DNA of 63,229 nucleotides, filler included, from Candidatus Aminicenantales bacterium (lineage in GTDB: Bacteria > Acidobacteriota > Aminicenantia > Aminicenantales > Saccharicenantaceae): the NCBI GenBank assembly GCA_049512315.1. It is 6 parts of 6 records of this genome, joined end to end, with 100 filler letters (N's around TTAATTAATTAA, not from the genome) between each part and the next. Parts side by side here need not be neighbours in the genome. Positions count along the whole stretch, not along the records: positions 1 to 11,678 come from JBEKXF010000054.1; positions 11,779 to 22,026 come from JBEKXF010000056.1; 4 more parts are not named here. One strand, written 5' to 3'. Position numbers and translations under genes: made by a program. Shown in pieces: positions 10,225 through 19,890 of the stretch. Position 1 is the stretch's first letter, and every line of letters begins with the position of its first letter. Under the pieces are notes generated by a model. The model ran no database searches. It saw only the letters and a program-made list of their open reading frames with translations, and had not been told where the DNA came from.

Positions 10225-10267
10225 CGAGAGCCAGCGAGAGGAATTGAACCTCCGACCTACTGATTAC
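10225..10267 (-). pseudogene. tRNA-Thr-like 3' half (att remnant, copy 2)
   Basis: Minus strand GTAATCAGTAGGTCGGAGGTTCAATTCCTCTCGCTGGCTC; no 5' half. Confidence 0.8.
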
Positions 10268-10800
10268 CGGTAATCGTGCACCCGGGCCCTTTTCCGCAGC
10301 CGTTCGAGGTTCTCCCCGATCTCGCCGTTGGACTTGTTCTTGAACACGATGAGCTCGTCCGGGGCCATTTTGTCGGCCAGGAGGACTCCGGCCACGGCTC
10401 CGACGATCGCGCCTCCGCCAAGAAAAAGGGCCCCCTTTCCGATCGCATCCCCGAGGTCATCGGCCCGGACGTTGAACGCTTTGGCCACCCCGATGCCGGC
10501 GATAGCCCCGACGAACGAGCCGACCCAGCCCGCGAGTATCTTGGGTACCTTATTGACGATGCGGACGCTCTCGATGTCCGCAGTGGCGAACGTCAACACG
10601 CTGCTGTCCGCGAGAATGACGAGGCTTTCCGGCCTGACCCCCACCAACTCGCCCTTCTGGACGCTCCCGGCCTGGGTGACGATCACGTTCGCACCCTTGC
10701 GCCCCTCGGCCCCCATGACCGCCTGGACTCCCGCGAGGCAGATCAGCAGTGCCGCAGCCGGCGCTATGATCCCCGTGCCCTTCCGATTCCTGTTCTTCAT
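10264..10800 (-). CDS. hypothetical exported/membrane protein with glycine-zipper-like helices
   Basis: Signal peptide and two Gly-rich hydrophobic helices; GGAG RBS before ATG 10800. Confidence 0.7.
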   Translation of the reverse strand: MKNRNRKGTGIIAPAAALLICLAGVQAVMGAEGRKGANVIVTQAGSVQKGELVGVRPESLVILADSSVLTFATADIESVRIVNKVPKILAGWVGSFVGAIAGIGVAKAFNVRADDLGDAIGKGALFLGGGAIVGAVAGVLLADKMAPDELIVFKNKSNGEIGENLERLRKRARVHDYR

Positions 10801-10860
10801 GCTGATCTCCATCTCCAGGATTCTCATCAATGCCATCATCGGCCCGGCGGGCTCCGGAGT

Positions 10861-10893
10861 TGTCAAGGAAATGTCAAGAATGCGTCAATTCTT
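10861..10893 (-). promoter_or_regulatory. 11-bp-period TTGAC(A/G) direct repeats (OmpR/PhoB-type operator candidate)
   Basis: tgtcaaggaaa tgtcaagaatg cgtcaattctt; similar array at 29932. Confidence 0.45.
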
Positions 10894-11024
10894 TGCGAAC
10901 TATCGAATCGGGGCGATTTCCGGCCTGAAGCCCAGCACGCCGTGAGGACCGCCAACCGTCCTCATCCGCTCGGGCGCGGCCGCGCGCCTCGCGGCGGGAG
11001 TCGAAATGCCCCTCGAATTCCACA

Positions 11025-11207
11025 GATAGGAAATTCCTTTTTCGCGGCGCGCGAACCCGGGCCATAAGGCTTGGAGCTGCTGCCTCCCATCACGAAATGA
11101 TGATATCGCCGGCCCCGGATCCAAGTCAACATGACTCTCAGCGGCGGAGACAAGGTTTTTGCAGAGGGCCCTTTATGAAAAACTATGGTGGATATTTCTG
11201 GAGATCT
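11025..11207 (-). mobile_element. IS91-like terminal segment (family C, copy 2) with upstream conserved block
   Basis: Minus strand CCAGAAATATCCACCATAGTTTTTCATAAAGGGCCCTC..TTGACT-N18-TATCAT..CGCGAAAAAAGGAATTTCCTATC; homologous to 22305-22489. Confidence 0.7.
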
Positions 11208-11228
11208 TGATAGGTCATTCCGCTTCGG

Positions 11229-11556
11229 TCAGCGTTTCTCCACATTCGCCCGGAGCCCCACTTCCCATTTCTTATATTCCTCCAGGGCATATCGGGCGGC
11301 GAAGCCGGGCTCATTTTCGGCCCGATCAAAGAGTTTCAGCCGCGGCTCGGCAGTCAGGTCGATATGGATGTCGTAGTAGCCAACGGCTTTCAGGAGGATC
11401 GTCCGGTCGAGGCCGTCCTTGAGCGGCGGGGCGGGGAAGACGATCTCGGCTCGCCCGCCCGAGTTCGGCGTCGCCAGGAAGTCGTCGTCGAGAGCTGCGA
11501 GCACCAACCGGACGTCCCGGCCGTCCTGGTCCGTGGCCTTGACGGCCGAGATGACG
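11229..11556 (-). pseudogene. C-terminal fragment of a hypothetical protein, 5'-truncated by an IS end
   Basis: Open frame with genome-typical codon usage begins abruptly at repeat A (11557); no start codon or RBS. Confidence 0.6.
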
Positions 11557-11603
11557 TGACCCGCCCCCGATCAATGTACCAGCCCTTGAGTGAATTTTCC
11601 AGC
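11557..11603 (+). mobile_element. IS3-like terminal repeat A
   Basis: TGACCCGCCCCCGATCAATGTACCAGCCCTTGAGTGAATTTTCCAGC. Confidence 0.7.
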
Positions 11604-11678
11604 CAAATATGCCTCCGGGGCCGGCGGCCTATAGCCTAAGGAGCTATGCGGCCTGAAGCGATTGTATTCCCTTCGCCA

Positions 11679-11778
11679 NNNNNNNNNNNNNNNNNNNNNN
11701 NNNNNNNNNNNNNNNNNNNNNNTTAATTAATTAANNNNNNNNNNNNNNNNNNNNNNNNNNNNNNNNNNNNNNNNNNNN
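11679..11778. other. artificial contig spacer
   Basis: N44-TTAATTAATTAA-N44 (stops in six frames). Confidence 0.99.
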
Positions 11779-11900
11779 GCAAGCCATGAATGCCCTCTCC
11801 CGGCAGCTCATCAAGATCATCTACTACATGCTCAAGAATAAGGAATCTTATTGCCGAAAGGAGGCTGTCAACTAAAATATTGACATAGGATAATGTCACA
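11779..11900 (+). mobile_element. IS110-family transposase C-terminus and right end (cut by contig edge)
   Basis: QAMNALSRQLIKIIYYMLKNKESY resembles the IS110 A.ARKL..I.Y.ML tail; stop at 11875, followed by TTGACA. Confidence 0.7.
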
Positions 11901-11956
11901 ATTGGCTTGCGTTAGCTTTGTGATATTTTCCCATCCCCCGAACGCCGGCATTTATC

Positions 11957-11983
11957 TGGACCTCATCCCTGAAAAATTGACCA
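11957..11983 (+). mobile_element. IS3-like terminal repeat B
   Basis: TGGACCTCATCCCTGAAAAATTGACCA; also at 13658, 19756, 43609 and (reverse) ~49259-49284. Confidence 0.7.
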
Positions 11984-12020
11984 AATCAGCAGGCAGGTCC
12001 AACGGCTTGGAAATCTCGGC

Positions 12021-13571
12021 TTAAAACGGTGTCTTCCGCACGATCTTGAAGACAAAGGCGTACTCGCACGGCCTAGTCTTTGGGGTCTCGATGGAGAGCC
12101 CATCGGCAGTCATCTGCCAGGCCAGCGGCTTCCCGTCGCCGAGCATAGTGATCGACACGATCTCAGACGGGTAGAGCCCGTTCCGGAAGAGATGGTTTGG
12201 ATCGGGCCCGCCAGCCAGGCTCTTGATAAGGACCCTCTCCCCGGGCCAACCGAGGACCGTCGCATACAGGACATTGTCCTTGGCCGTGAATCGGATATCC
12301 TTGGCTGCGTAACGGAGCTCGTCGTTCTCGTTGAAGGCCCCCGACTTGTCGAGCTGGGTCGGGCCCTCGCCGGAAATCACCCAGGGCATGGTCCCGTAGA
12401 TCGCCTCGCCGTTCATCCCGAGCCATTTTCCGAGGCTGAGCAACCGCTCTCTGGCCTCCGAGGGAATCGTGCCGTCCGGCTTCGGTCCGACGTTCAGAAG
12501 CAGGAACCCGTTCTTGCTGACGCGGTCGACCAGGTTGTGGACGAGGTTCTCGGTCGTCTTGAAACCCGCGCCGTTGACATAGCCCCAGGCTCCCTGGTTG
12601 TCGATCGAAGAATCCGTGATCCACTCGTGGTAGGTCATCTCTCGTTCCTGTCCCAATTCGAGGTCGTTGACCCCGACGCCGGGCGGCAGATCGTGGTCCT
12701 TGTAGGTCACCACAACGTCCCTGTGTTCCGCCGCTGCCTTGTTATAGAAATAGGCCAGGACGTTTTTCTTGTAGTCCTCGCTAACGAACCTCAGGCCGAA
12801 GTCGAACCAGATGAAATCAGGGCTGTACTTGTCGATGACCTCGACGATCTTTCCAGCCCACCTGTCCAGGAACGCCTTGTCGGGCTGGGCGCCCTTCTCG
12901 TGGATCGGCCCGTAAAGGCCGGAGTAGCGGGGGTCCCCGCAGTCGAGCGTCTTGTCCCAGACCGGGAAGAAGAACCAGTTCTCGGCATGATGGAAGGCTG
13001 TGACGAACTTCATGTTGCGGCGCTTGATGGCCCTCGAGAGCTCGCCGACGATGTCGCGCTTGGGCCCCATCTTCGCTGCGTTCCACTCGGAGTATTTCGT
13101 GTCCCACATGGAAAACCCATCGTGATGCTCGGCCACGGGTCCGGCGAAGCGGGCCCCCGCTTTCTGAAAGAGGTCCGCCCACTCATCGGCATTGAACTTC
13201 TCACCGGAGAACATCGGGATGAAATCCTTGTAGCCGAACTTCTCGAGCGGGCCGTAGGTCGCCTCCTGGTGAATGCGCTCGGGCGAGTTCGGATCCATAT
13301 ACATGTTGTGCGAGTACCACGTGCCGTTCGGCCCGACAGCCGGAACCGAATACACGCCCCAATGCGTGTAGATGCCGAACTTCCCATCACGGAGCCACTG
13401 CGGGATGCGGTTGGTTCGGAGGGACTCCCACGTCGGCTTGAAGGGTTTATCCGTTGCGGCGGTCGTCTCTTGCAAGCGCGACGAGGCGAGCCCCGCTGAA
13501 CCGGCCAAGCCTAGAAAAGCTAAGGCCGCCAGGAAATATCGCACGGGATGATATTGGTGTATCGAGCTCAT
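12021..13571 (-). CDS. alpha-L-fucosidase (GH29), secreted
   Basis: KFGIYTHWG, AEHHDGF, IWFD (nucleophile), VSKNGFLLLNVGP, GEAIYGT. Confidence 0.95.
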   Translation of the reverse strand: MSSIHQYHPVRYFLAALAFLGLAGSAGLASSRLQETTAATDKPFKPTWESLRTNRIPQWLRDGKFGIYTHWGVYSVPAVGPNGTWYSHNMYMDPNSPERIHQEATYGPLEKFGYKDFIPMFSGEKFNADEWADLFQKAGARFAGPVAEHHDGFSMWDTKYSEWNAAKMGPKRDIVGELSRAIKRRNMKFVTAFHHAENWFFFPVWDKTLDCGDPRYSGLYGPIHEKGAQPDKAFLDRWAGKIVEVIDKYSPDFIWFDFGLRFVSEDYKKNVLAYFYNKAAAEHRDVVVTYKDHDLPPGVGVNDLELGQEREMTYHEWITDSSIDNQGAWGYVNGAGFKTTENLVHNLVDRVSKNGFLLLNVGPKPDGTIPSEARERLLSLGKWLGMNGEAIYGTMPWVISGEGPTQLDKSGAFNENDELRYAAKDIRFTAKDNVLYATVLGWPGERVLIKSLAGGPDPNHLFRNGLYPSEIVSITMLGDGKPLAWQMTADGLSIETPKTRPCEYAFVFKIVRKTPF

Positions 13572-13657
13572 GTTTCCTCCATCTTCTCGAAGTCGGCCTA
13601 AGCGATGGCATTATAGCATTCAGAATTTTACGTATTCAAATGGATCTAAAACTGACA

Positions 13658-13710
13658 GGGACCTCATCCCTGAAAAATGGTCCAGATCTGAATTAAACTT
13701 TTCGGCAAAA
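13658..13710 (+). mobile_element. IS3-like terminal repeat B
   Basis: GGGACCTCATCCCTGAAAAATGGTCCAGAT..TTTTCGGCAAAA, matching the copy at 43609. Confidence 0.7.
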
Positions 13711-13832
13711 AATCTGTCCACCCCATCTGGATCAGCATCCGGGGAGCAGATCAGTTGTTATTCTCGTAGCCGTTTTCCTGCTTTGGTTCCTGATGAGATA
13801 AGCTTATTCGCGGGCTCTGGGTTCACCGACGG

Positions 13833-15965
13833 TTATTTGTTCTCCAGTTGTTTGAGGGCGCTCTCGGCCGCACGTTTAACTATATTCTGGTGGGACGGAA
13901 CGGACGCCGCCTGCCGCAGAAAAGGGATCACGGCCTGGTCTCCGGCCTTGCCCAGGGCGCGCAGAGCTTCGGCCTGAACCCGGTAGCTCACGTCCTTTTG
14001 GAAGAGGCCCTTATAGAAATCTAGGAGTGTTCGGTCCTTGAGATCGCCCAGGGCCACGAGCGCCGCTGCCCGGACCTGAGAATCCGGGTCCTGGCAGGAC
14101 TTTTTGAACACGGCCGGGCCGTTTTTGGCCTTGAGTTGGGCCAAGGTCTCGACAGATCTCTTACGGACCGCCCAGAACGGGTCGGTCTTAGCGCTGGCGA
14201 TCAACCCCGCGACGGTTTGGAGATCGTCCTTGAAGGCCAGGAGCCCCGCGGCGGCCTCCATCCGTCCGATCACGTCGTCATGTCCGAGCTGATAAAGAAG
14301 CTCGTCGCGCTCCTTCGGAAAGGTGATTTCCTTGATGAGGACGTTGTCCTCGTCGAACCGGACGAGCAGGGGCTTAGCCTCGAGCGGAAACTCGAAGGTC
14401 TCCTCACGCTCCTTAATCCAGACCTTCCGGATGTCCGTCTTCCCGGGAACGACAAGCTTGATGGAGACGGGGACCCTGAACACGGGTACGCCCTTGGAAA
14501 AATCCTGGACCTGGGTGACCTTGAGCCTGACGACCTTCGCGGCCGCGTCCCATTCGCTTTTGACCTCGAAGACCGGATGGCCGGGCTTGAACAGCCATTG
14601 GTCGAAAAACCAGTCGAGATTCTGGCCGGTGACGGTCTTAACCGAGCGAATGAAGTCGGCGGTGTCCACCGCGTCAAAAGCGTACCGGTGGAGGAAATGG
14701 CTAAGCGTCTTAAAGAACGCCTCGTCGCCCAAGAGGGAGCGGAGCATATGAAGAACGCGGGCCCCCTTGGGGTACGTGTGGGCGTCGAACATGTCGCCGG
14801 GCTTGTCGTAGCGGTCGGAGACGATCGGTCGGATATAGCGCGTCTTGGCCTCCCGGAGGTAGGCGTCCAGCTTGTCCTGGAGGTTGACCGAGCCCTCGTC
14901 ATCGCCCTTCTCGTAGCGGCAATAAAGGTACTCTGAATACGTTCCGAAACTTTCATTGAGCCACGTATGGGCCCAGCTCCGGAGCGTGATGAGGTCTCCC
15001 CACCACTGATGGGCCAGCTCGTGGGACACGATGCCGATAGCGGAGAAATCCGGCTCGCCCTTCTCGTCGACCATGATCCGCTGGGTCATGGCCGTGGCGG
15101 ACGTGCTCTCGGCGCCTCCGCCCGACGGAACCGAGACCTGGTCGTATTTTTGCCAGGGATAATCGTACGCGAAGATTCTGCTGAAAAACTCGATCATCTT
15201 CGGAGTTTTTCCGTAGGTCGCTTTGACTTTCGACACGTCCTGGGGGTAGACCCAGTAGTCCACCGGCAAGGTCTTGTAAGAGTCCTGGACCACGTCATAG
15301 GGGGCGGCTGCGAAGAAGATGAGATACGTTGAATGGGGGAGGTCCTGGGACCAATGGTACGTTACGGTCCTGGCGGCCTTGTCCTCGACGACGCTGTCCA
15401 GCCGGCCGTTCGCGGCAACCTTGAAGCCGGACTTGACCGAAACGATGAGCTCGTCCGTGACTTTGTCGTTGGGGTAGTCAAAACAGGGGGACCAATGGTG
15501 AACGTTATCGGGGAACGAATCGGAAAACACCAGTTGGGGATTGTCCGGTGTTTCCTCCGCGAATTTCAGCCCTTGCTTGGGGTCATGGCCGTTATAAAAG
15601 CAGGTGAACGAGGCGATTTCGCCGAACTTGCAGGGCCGTGGAAGAAAGACCTTGAGCTCCCTGTCCGACTGCTCGAATTTCAGGGGCGCCCCATAGTCGC
15701 TGACGACGGACGTCACGGAGAACTCCTCGGCGTCGAGGACGCAGACGTCGAGCCCGTCCCTGAGCGAAGATAGCGTGACGGTCGTTTCCCCATCGAAGGA
15801 CTTGCGGTCGATGTCGAGCTTGATCTTGATCCGGTAATGAAGCGCATCAAAGCTCCGGCTGCGCTCCGACTGGAGGGCCTTCTTCGAAAAATCGATCGTC
15901 TGCGCGGGGACTGCCAAAACGAGAGCCAGGATCACCCCGGCGAGGATGGTGATTTTTTTCATCAT
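13833..15965 (-). CDS. M1 family aminopeptidase with C-terminal HEAT repeats
   Basis: HELAHQWWG..WLNE zinc motif, GGAES in place of GAMEN, YPKG; signal peptide from MMKK. Confidence 0.92.
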   Translation of the reverse strand: MMKKITILAGVILALVLAVPAQTIDFSKKALQSERSRSFDALHYRIKIKLDIDRKSFDGETTVTLSSLRDGLDVCVLDAEEFSVTSVVSDYGAPLKFEQSDRELKVFLPRPCKFGEIASFTCFYNGHDPKQGLKFAEETPDNPQLVFSDSFPDNVHHWSPCFDYPNDKVTDELIVSVKSGFKVAANGRLDSVVEDKAARTVTYHWSQDLPHSTYLIFFAAAPYDVVQDSYKTLPVDYWVYPQDVSKVKATYGKTPKMIEFFSRIFAYDYPWQKYDQVSVPSGGGAESTSATAMTQRIMVDEKGEPDFSAIGIVSHELAHQWWGDLITLRSWAHTWLNESFGTYSEYLYCRYEKGDDEGSVNLQDKLDAYLREAKTRYIRPIVSDRYDKPGDMFDAHTYPKGARVLHMLRSLLGDEAFFKTLSHFLHRYAFDAVDTADFIRSVKTVTGQNLDWFFDQWLFKPGHPVFEVKSEWDAAAKVVRLKVTQVQDFSKGVPVFRVPVSIKLVVPGKTDIRKVWIKEREETFEFPLEAKPLLVRFDEDNVLIKEITFPKERDELLYQLGHDDVIGRMEAAAGLLAFKDDLQTVAGLIASAKTDPFWAVRKRSVETLAQLKAKNGPAVFKKSCQDPDSQVRAAALVALGDLKDRTLLDFYKGLFQKDVSYRVQAEALRALGKAGDQAVIPFLRQAASVPSHQNIVKRAAESALKQLENK

Positions 15966-16000
15966 GACGATTCTCTCGTTGGCCTCAATTCGTGCCGCGT

Positions 16001-17398
16001 TCACCGGAGGCCTTTTGTCTTCAGGATCTGGAGGATCCCGTCCGCCTTCATCAGGGCCTCGACCTCCTGGACCGTCCGGGGGACCCCGGCCGATAGGTTT
16101 TCATATCCGGTTTCGGTGATCGCGATGTTGTCCTCGAGCCGGATCCCGATCTCCTCGTCGATGCGGAACAGCTGGATGTCGCAGGCGAAAACGAACCCGG
16201 GCGTGAGGACCTCGTCGGGTCCAGCGAACGTCCCGGTCACGTCGTGGGTGGCCAGGCCGATCATGTGGTTGTAGCCGCCGAAGCGGACGATCCCGCGGAA
16301 GTCGTTGGCGAACCGGTCTAACCCTTTTTCCTTGAGCATGGCTTCGACCTTCTCCCCAACCTGGGCGAAGGTGACCCCCGGTCGATAGTTCGCCTGGCAG
16401 ACGTTGCGGACCGCTAGGGCGGCCTCGTAGAGTTCCTTCTGGCGGGGCGAAAATTTCCCCGATACGGGAAACGTCGTCGAGATATCCGCATGGTAATCCG
16501 CATAATCGGGGGCCGCGTCCAGGATGACGAAATCTCCGGCTTTGAGGACCCGGTCGTAAGCGTGATAGTGACCGTAGGCATGGTTCTTCCCGGACATCAG
16601 GATGGGGCTGTAGGCCATATCGACCGCCCCTTCCAGCCGGCAGACGAATTCGAACACGGCCTCCAGGGCTTTCTCGGAGATGCCCGGCCGGGTCGACTGG
16701 ATCAAGGCTTTGTGGGCTTTGACCCCGATCTGGGCGGCGCGGCGCAGGACGTTGAGCTCGGCGGCCGACTTGATCTTCCTCAGGTCCCAGACCGCTGCCG
16801 AGCAGTCCCGCACATCGACCTGGGGGAACTTGTCCCGCAGTTGCCTAACGAACTGGAGCTCCCGAGTCAGTCGCCCGTCCCAAATGTTCAAGGTCATCGT
16901 CTGCTGGAGCGAGTTGAATTTTTCATTGGTATTCTCCGCCCCCATCTCTTCCGGCTTTAACATGGTATAAAAAGTTCGGGTCCGCTGGCCCAGCCTGGCC
17001 AGGGCGGCCCCGAATTGCTCGGCGGGAAGGACCCTATCGATCCCGGTATATTCCTTGGGATTCCTGATCAGGTCAGGGTCGATGCCTTCGCCTTCGGCCT
17101 GCTTCTCGGTCATGGTGAAGAATAGGAAACTTTCTTTGCGGACGCCGTCGATGATGAGATAGGCGTCGGGGATCGGGACGCCGGTGAAATAGGAGAAATC
17201 GTGGCCCTGCCGGAACGGGACATCGCCGGCGGGGGACGCGGCGCCGAGGAAAACGGCCACCCCGTCAGGGATCTTGTCCATGAACCGGCTGCGTCGGGCG
17301 GAGTACTCCTTTTGATCGAAAAGACTCGCCGCCGAAACTGCTTGGGCCGCCAGCAGCGCTCCGAGGATCCATGTCCAAGTCAATAATCTGTGTTTCAT
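16001..17398 (-). CDS. Xaa-Pro aminopeptidase (M24B), secreted
   Basis: FRQ..DFSYFTG, ILDA..ADISTT, HMIGLATHDV, GIRLED. Confidence 0.9.
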   Translation of the reverse strand: MKHRLLTWTWILGALLAAQAVSAASLFDQKEYSARRSRFMDKIPDGVAVFLGAASPAGDVPFRQGHDFSYFTGVPIPDAYLIIDGVRKESFLFFTMTEKQAEGEGIDPDLIRNPKEYTGIDRVLPAEQFGAALARLGQRTRTFYTMLKPEEMGAENTNEKFNSLQQTMTLNIWDGRLTRELQFVRQLRDKFPQVDVRDCSAAVWDLRKIKSAAELNVLRRAAQIGVKAHKALIQSTRPGISEKALEAVFEFVCRLEGAVDMAYSPILMSGKNHAYGHYHAYDRVLKAGDFVILDAAPDYADYHADISTTFPVSGKFSPRQKELYEAALAVRNVCQANYRPGVTFAQVGEKVEAMLKEKGLDRFANDFRGIVRFGGYNHMIGLATHDVTGTFAGPDEVLTPGFVFACDIQLFRIDEEIGIRLEDNIAITETGYENLSAGVPRTVQEVEALMKADGILQILKTKGLR

Positions 17399-17468
17399 AT
17401 TTCTAACTCCTTATCGGGGCGCCCCCCGTGCATCATGAGCATACGGTCCATTCGACTTCGAACGTCGT

Positions 17469-19616
17469 CTATTCTCCGCCCTGGCCGCCGGACGGGGAAA
17501 TGGCGATCCGGACCGGTGTCGCTGATTCCTTGCGGATCCAGATAATGAGGTCGTCGCCTTCGAGTCCGTGAATATGTCCGGCTCGGACGTCCGGACCCAG
17601 CCGAGCCAGCCGGCCGTCGATCTCAAGCCGGGGAGCCGACAAGCCCCATCCGCGGATCAGCAGCGCCGGGTTCACGACCGGGGATCCCTCAGACGCGCGG
17701 AGCAGGATAGACAAGGGCGATGCTGTATCCAGACCTCGCCGGGAAAGCACAAACGCCCGTTGGGTCGGATCGTAGCCGTCGTCAGCGAAGCTGTCCCCGG
17801 TGATTTCCAGCCGGGGCGGCGATAGCCAGGATCTCGCCAGGGGGAGCAAGGCGGCCGCCGGTTTTTCCGTCAAGCCATTCAGCATGAGCATGGTCACGCC
17901 ATCGTCCGTCTCCTCATAGGGCCGCCATGACTGGATATGGGCCAGGGAGCTGTGCGAGGCCCGGTCAGGGGCGACCGCCCAGCGGCCGTTGGATCGGATC
18001 TGCTGAGAGACGGGCCAATGATTCCACCAGGGGAAAATGGACCGCTCCCGGATGATCTCTCCAGCGTAGCAATCGATGGCCACGTTTCTCGGGTCGACGA
18101 CGACGTAGGGGCTGAACTTGGCCTTGAGGTTCACGCGGAGGATATTGCCGCCGGCGGGGCGCGTAAGCCATTTGTGGGAGGCCGTGTCCTGGTCGCTGAT
18201 TCGGTGCAAGAGGTCCAGCGTTTCCGGGTCAAAATCGGCTTTATCCCCCGGCGCTCCATTGGCCCAGGAGTAGGTATGGACTTCCCCCTTCATGTTGGCC
18301 AGTGTCAACGCCTCGGCCTGGATATTGTCTTCGGGGCGGGTGCCGGGCGGATTGATAATGATGGCCTCGTGATATTGCCGGAAATTCTCCTGCCCCCGGC
18401 CCTCGGCCGGCCTCACCCTCGGATCGGAAGACCAGACCCTGATCTTGCGCACGCACGTCCCGTCCGGGTAGACCGTGTAGGTTTCCTCGACCCAATCGCC
18501 CCAGCCAGTCAGCGCATCGACGTTGACCAGGTCGTAATTGACGCTGATCGGGGCGTATCGCCAGAGCACGACCACGCGAGCTTCGTTGCTCTCCAGGATC
18601 CGGGGATGCGAAAACCGGGCCTGCTTGTCGGCCATGGGCTCCGCGCTGGTGGCCATGGCCTGGTGTTGCGTTTCATAGAATTCGTTGGTATACCAGATTC
18701 CGTTTTCCATCACCCAGGCCGGGATGTAGCTGGTGCCTCGCCAGAAGATGAGCCGGGTCGGGTTCTCATCGAAACGGACGACGACGTCCGCCGCGTCCCC
18801 TACGCGCCACGGGTTTTCCCATTCCTCGGCATACCTGAGGCGCGTGTAATAGGCCCCGAAACGGCCCGGTCCCTTGGGACCGGACGGCAGGACCGGAGGC
18901 CGGAGCGGCGCCGGTCCGGAAGGGGCCAGGGCGGCGTAAGCGGCCGCGGGTTCCCCGGCAGCCAGGGCGCGGTCGTAGATCCGGATTTCATCGATGATCC
19001 CGTCGAAAGAGAACGCCACTGGGGCGACGACCTTGATTTCTTCGCTGAGGCCGAGCGGGGTCTGGTTCCGACCGAGCCACACGTCGGCCTCGGGCGCGAA
19101 GCGCGGCGTCCCGGCAAATTTCGTTTCGCCGGCGGGATTCCCGTTCAGATACAACTTGATCCCAGAAGCCGCGTCAAACGTGCCGACAAGATGGTTCCAC
19201 GCGTACAAGGGAAGCCTGACCGTCGATCGGCTCTCCCGCCATTGGCCGTCTACGGCCACATGCAGCCCGAAGTACCCCTCGGGATCGATCCCGAAGAAAT
19301 AGCCGCTTTTGTGGTCCTTCTCCTGATTGACGACGGCGCACCACGTCCAGGGATATGTCTGGACGGCGACCCAGGCCTCGATGGAAAACGCGTTCCCGAG
19401 ACGTGGCGCCTTCAACGCGTTGCGGACGACCACCGTCGTCTGCCCGTCGAAGCGAAGAGCGTTTCCGGCGACGCCGGGAACGAATTTTCGAAAGCCGCTG
19501 ATGGTATCGACGCTGCTCCCCTGGTCGAAGGACCAGGAAGCGACCGGACGCTCGCCCGCCTCAAGGGCCAAGCCGACCAAAACGAGGGCAAAACCGAAGA
19601 AAACGAATCTGCGCAT
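17469..19616 (-). CDS. LamG-like jellyroll domain protein with large unknown C-terminal region
   Basis: Signal peptide; WNHLVGT, LYLNG, FDGIIDEIRIYDRAL. Confidence 0.85.
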   Translation of the reverse strand: MRRFVFFGFALVLVGLALEAGERPVASWSFDQGSSVDTISGFRKFVPGVAGNALRFDGQTTVVVRNALKAPRLGNAFSIEAWVAVQTYPWTWCAVVNQEKDHKSGYFFGIDPEGYFGLHVAVDGQWRESRSTVRLPLYAWNHLVGTFDAASGIKLYLNGNPAGETKFAGTPRFAPEADVWLGRNQTPLGLSEEIKVVAPVAFSFDGIIDEIRIYDRALAAGEPAAAYAALAPSGPAPLRPPVLPSGPKGPGRFGAYYTRLRYAEEWENPWRVGDAADVVVRFDENPTRLIFWRGTSYIPAWVMENGIWYTNEFYETQHQAMATSAEPMADKQARFSHPRILESNEARVVVLWRYAPISVNYDLVNVDALTGWGDWVEETYTVYPDGTCVRKIRVWSSDPRVRPAEGRGQENFRQYHEAIIINPPGTRPEDNIQAEALTLANMKGEVHTYSWANGAPGDKADFDPETLDLLHRISDQDTASHKWLTRPAGGNILRVNLKAKFSPYVVVDPRNVAIDCYAGEIIRERSIFPWWNHWPVSQQIRSNGRWAVAPDRASHSSLAHIQSWRPYEETDDGVTMLMLNGLTEKPAAALLPLARSWLSPPRLEITGDSFADDGYDPTQRAFVLSRRGLDTASPLSILLRASEGSPVVNPALLIRGWGLSAPRLEIDGRLARLGPDVRAGHIHGLEGDDLIIWIRKESATPVRIAISPSGGQGGE

Positions 19617-19755
19617 CGGGCCTCCATCGGCCTACCTCCCCGGCAGGCGGGAAAAGAAAACCCATTATACGTCTTTCGGGTTGCCCGGAGTAAACTGTTT
19701 TTCGATCCGCTCCCACATAGAGGAGCCGGGAGCGAGCCGGGGGGCCCACGCCTGG

Positions 19756-19841
19756 GGGACATCATCCCATAAAAATGGTCCAGACATAATGTAGGCTTGA
19801 AAATCTCACTCCAGGGGTAGTATATTGATGAGAGGACGTCA
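19756..19841. mobile_element. 86-bp mini-element (repeat B + inverted repeat A)
   Basis: GGGACATCATCCCATAAAAATGGTCCAGA...GCTTGAAAATCTCACTCCAGGGGTAGTATATTGATGAGAGGACGTCA. Confidence 0.7.
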
Positions 19842-19890
19842 CGCCGGCGACCGCATTCACGATCTCTCTTCTTATTGAGGGGCAACAACC

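Noticed and set aside
17937..19772. Long opposite-strand ORFs (e.g. 611 aa here, 630 aa at 58558-60450, 489 aa at 60182-61651, 435 aa at 12192-13499)
   Set aside because: Antisense shadows of real GC-rich genes; no motifs.
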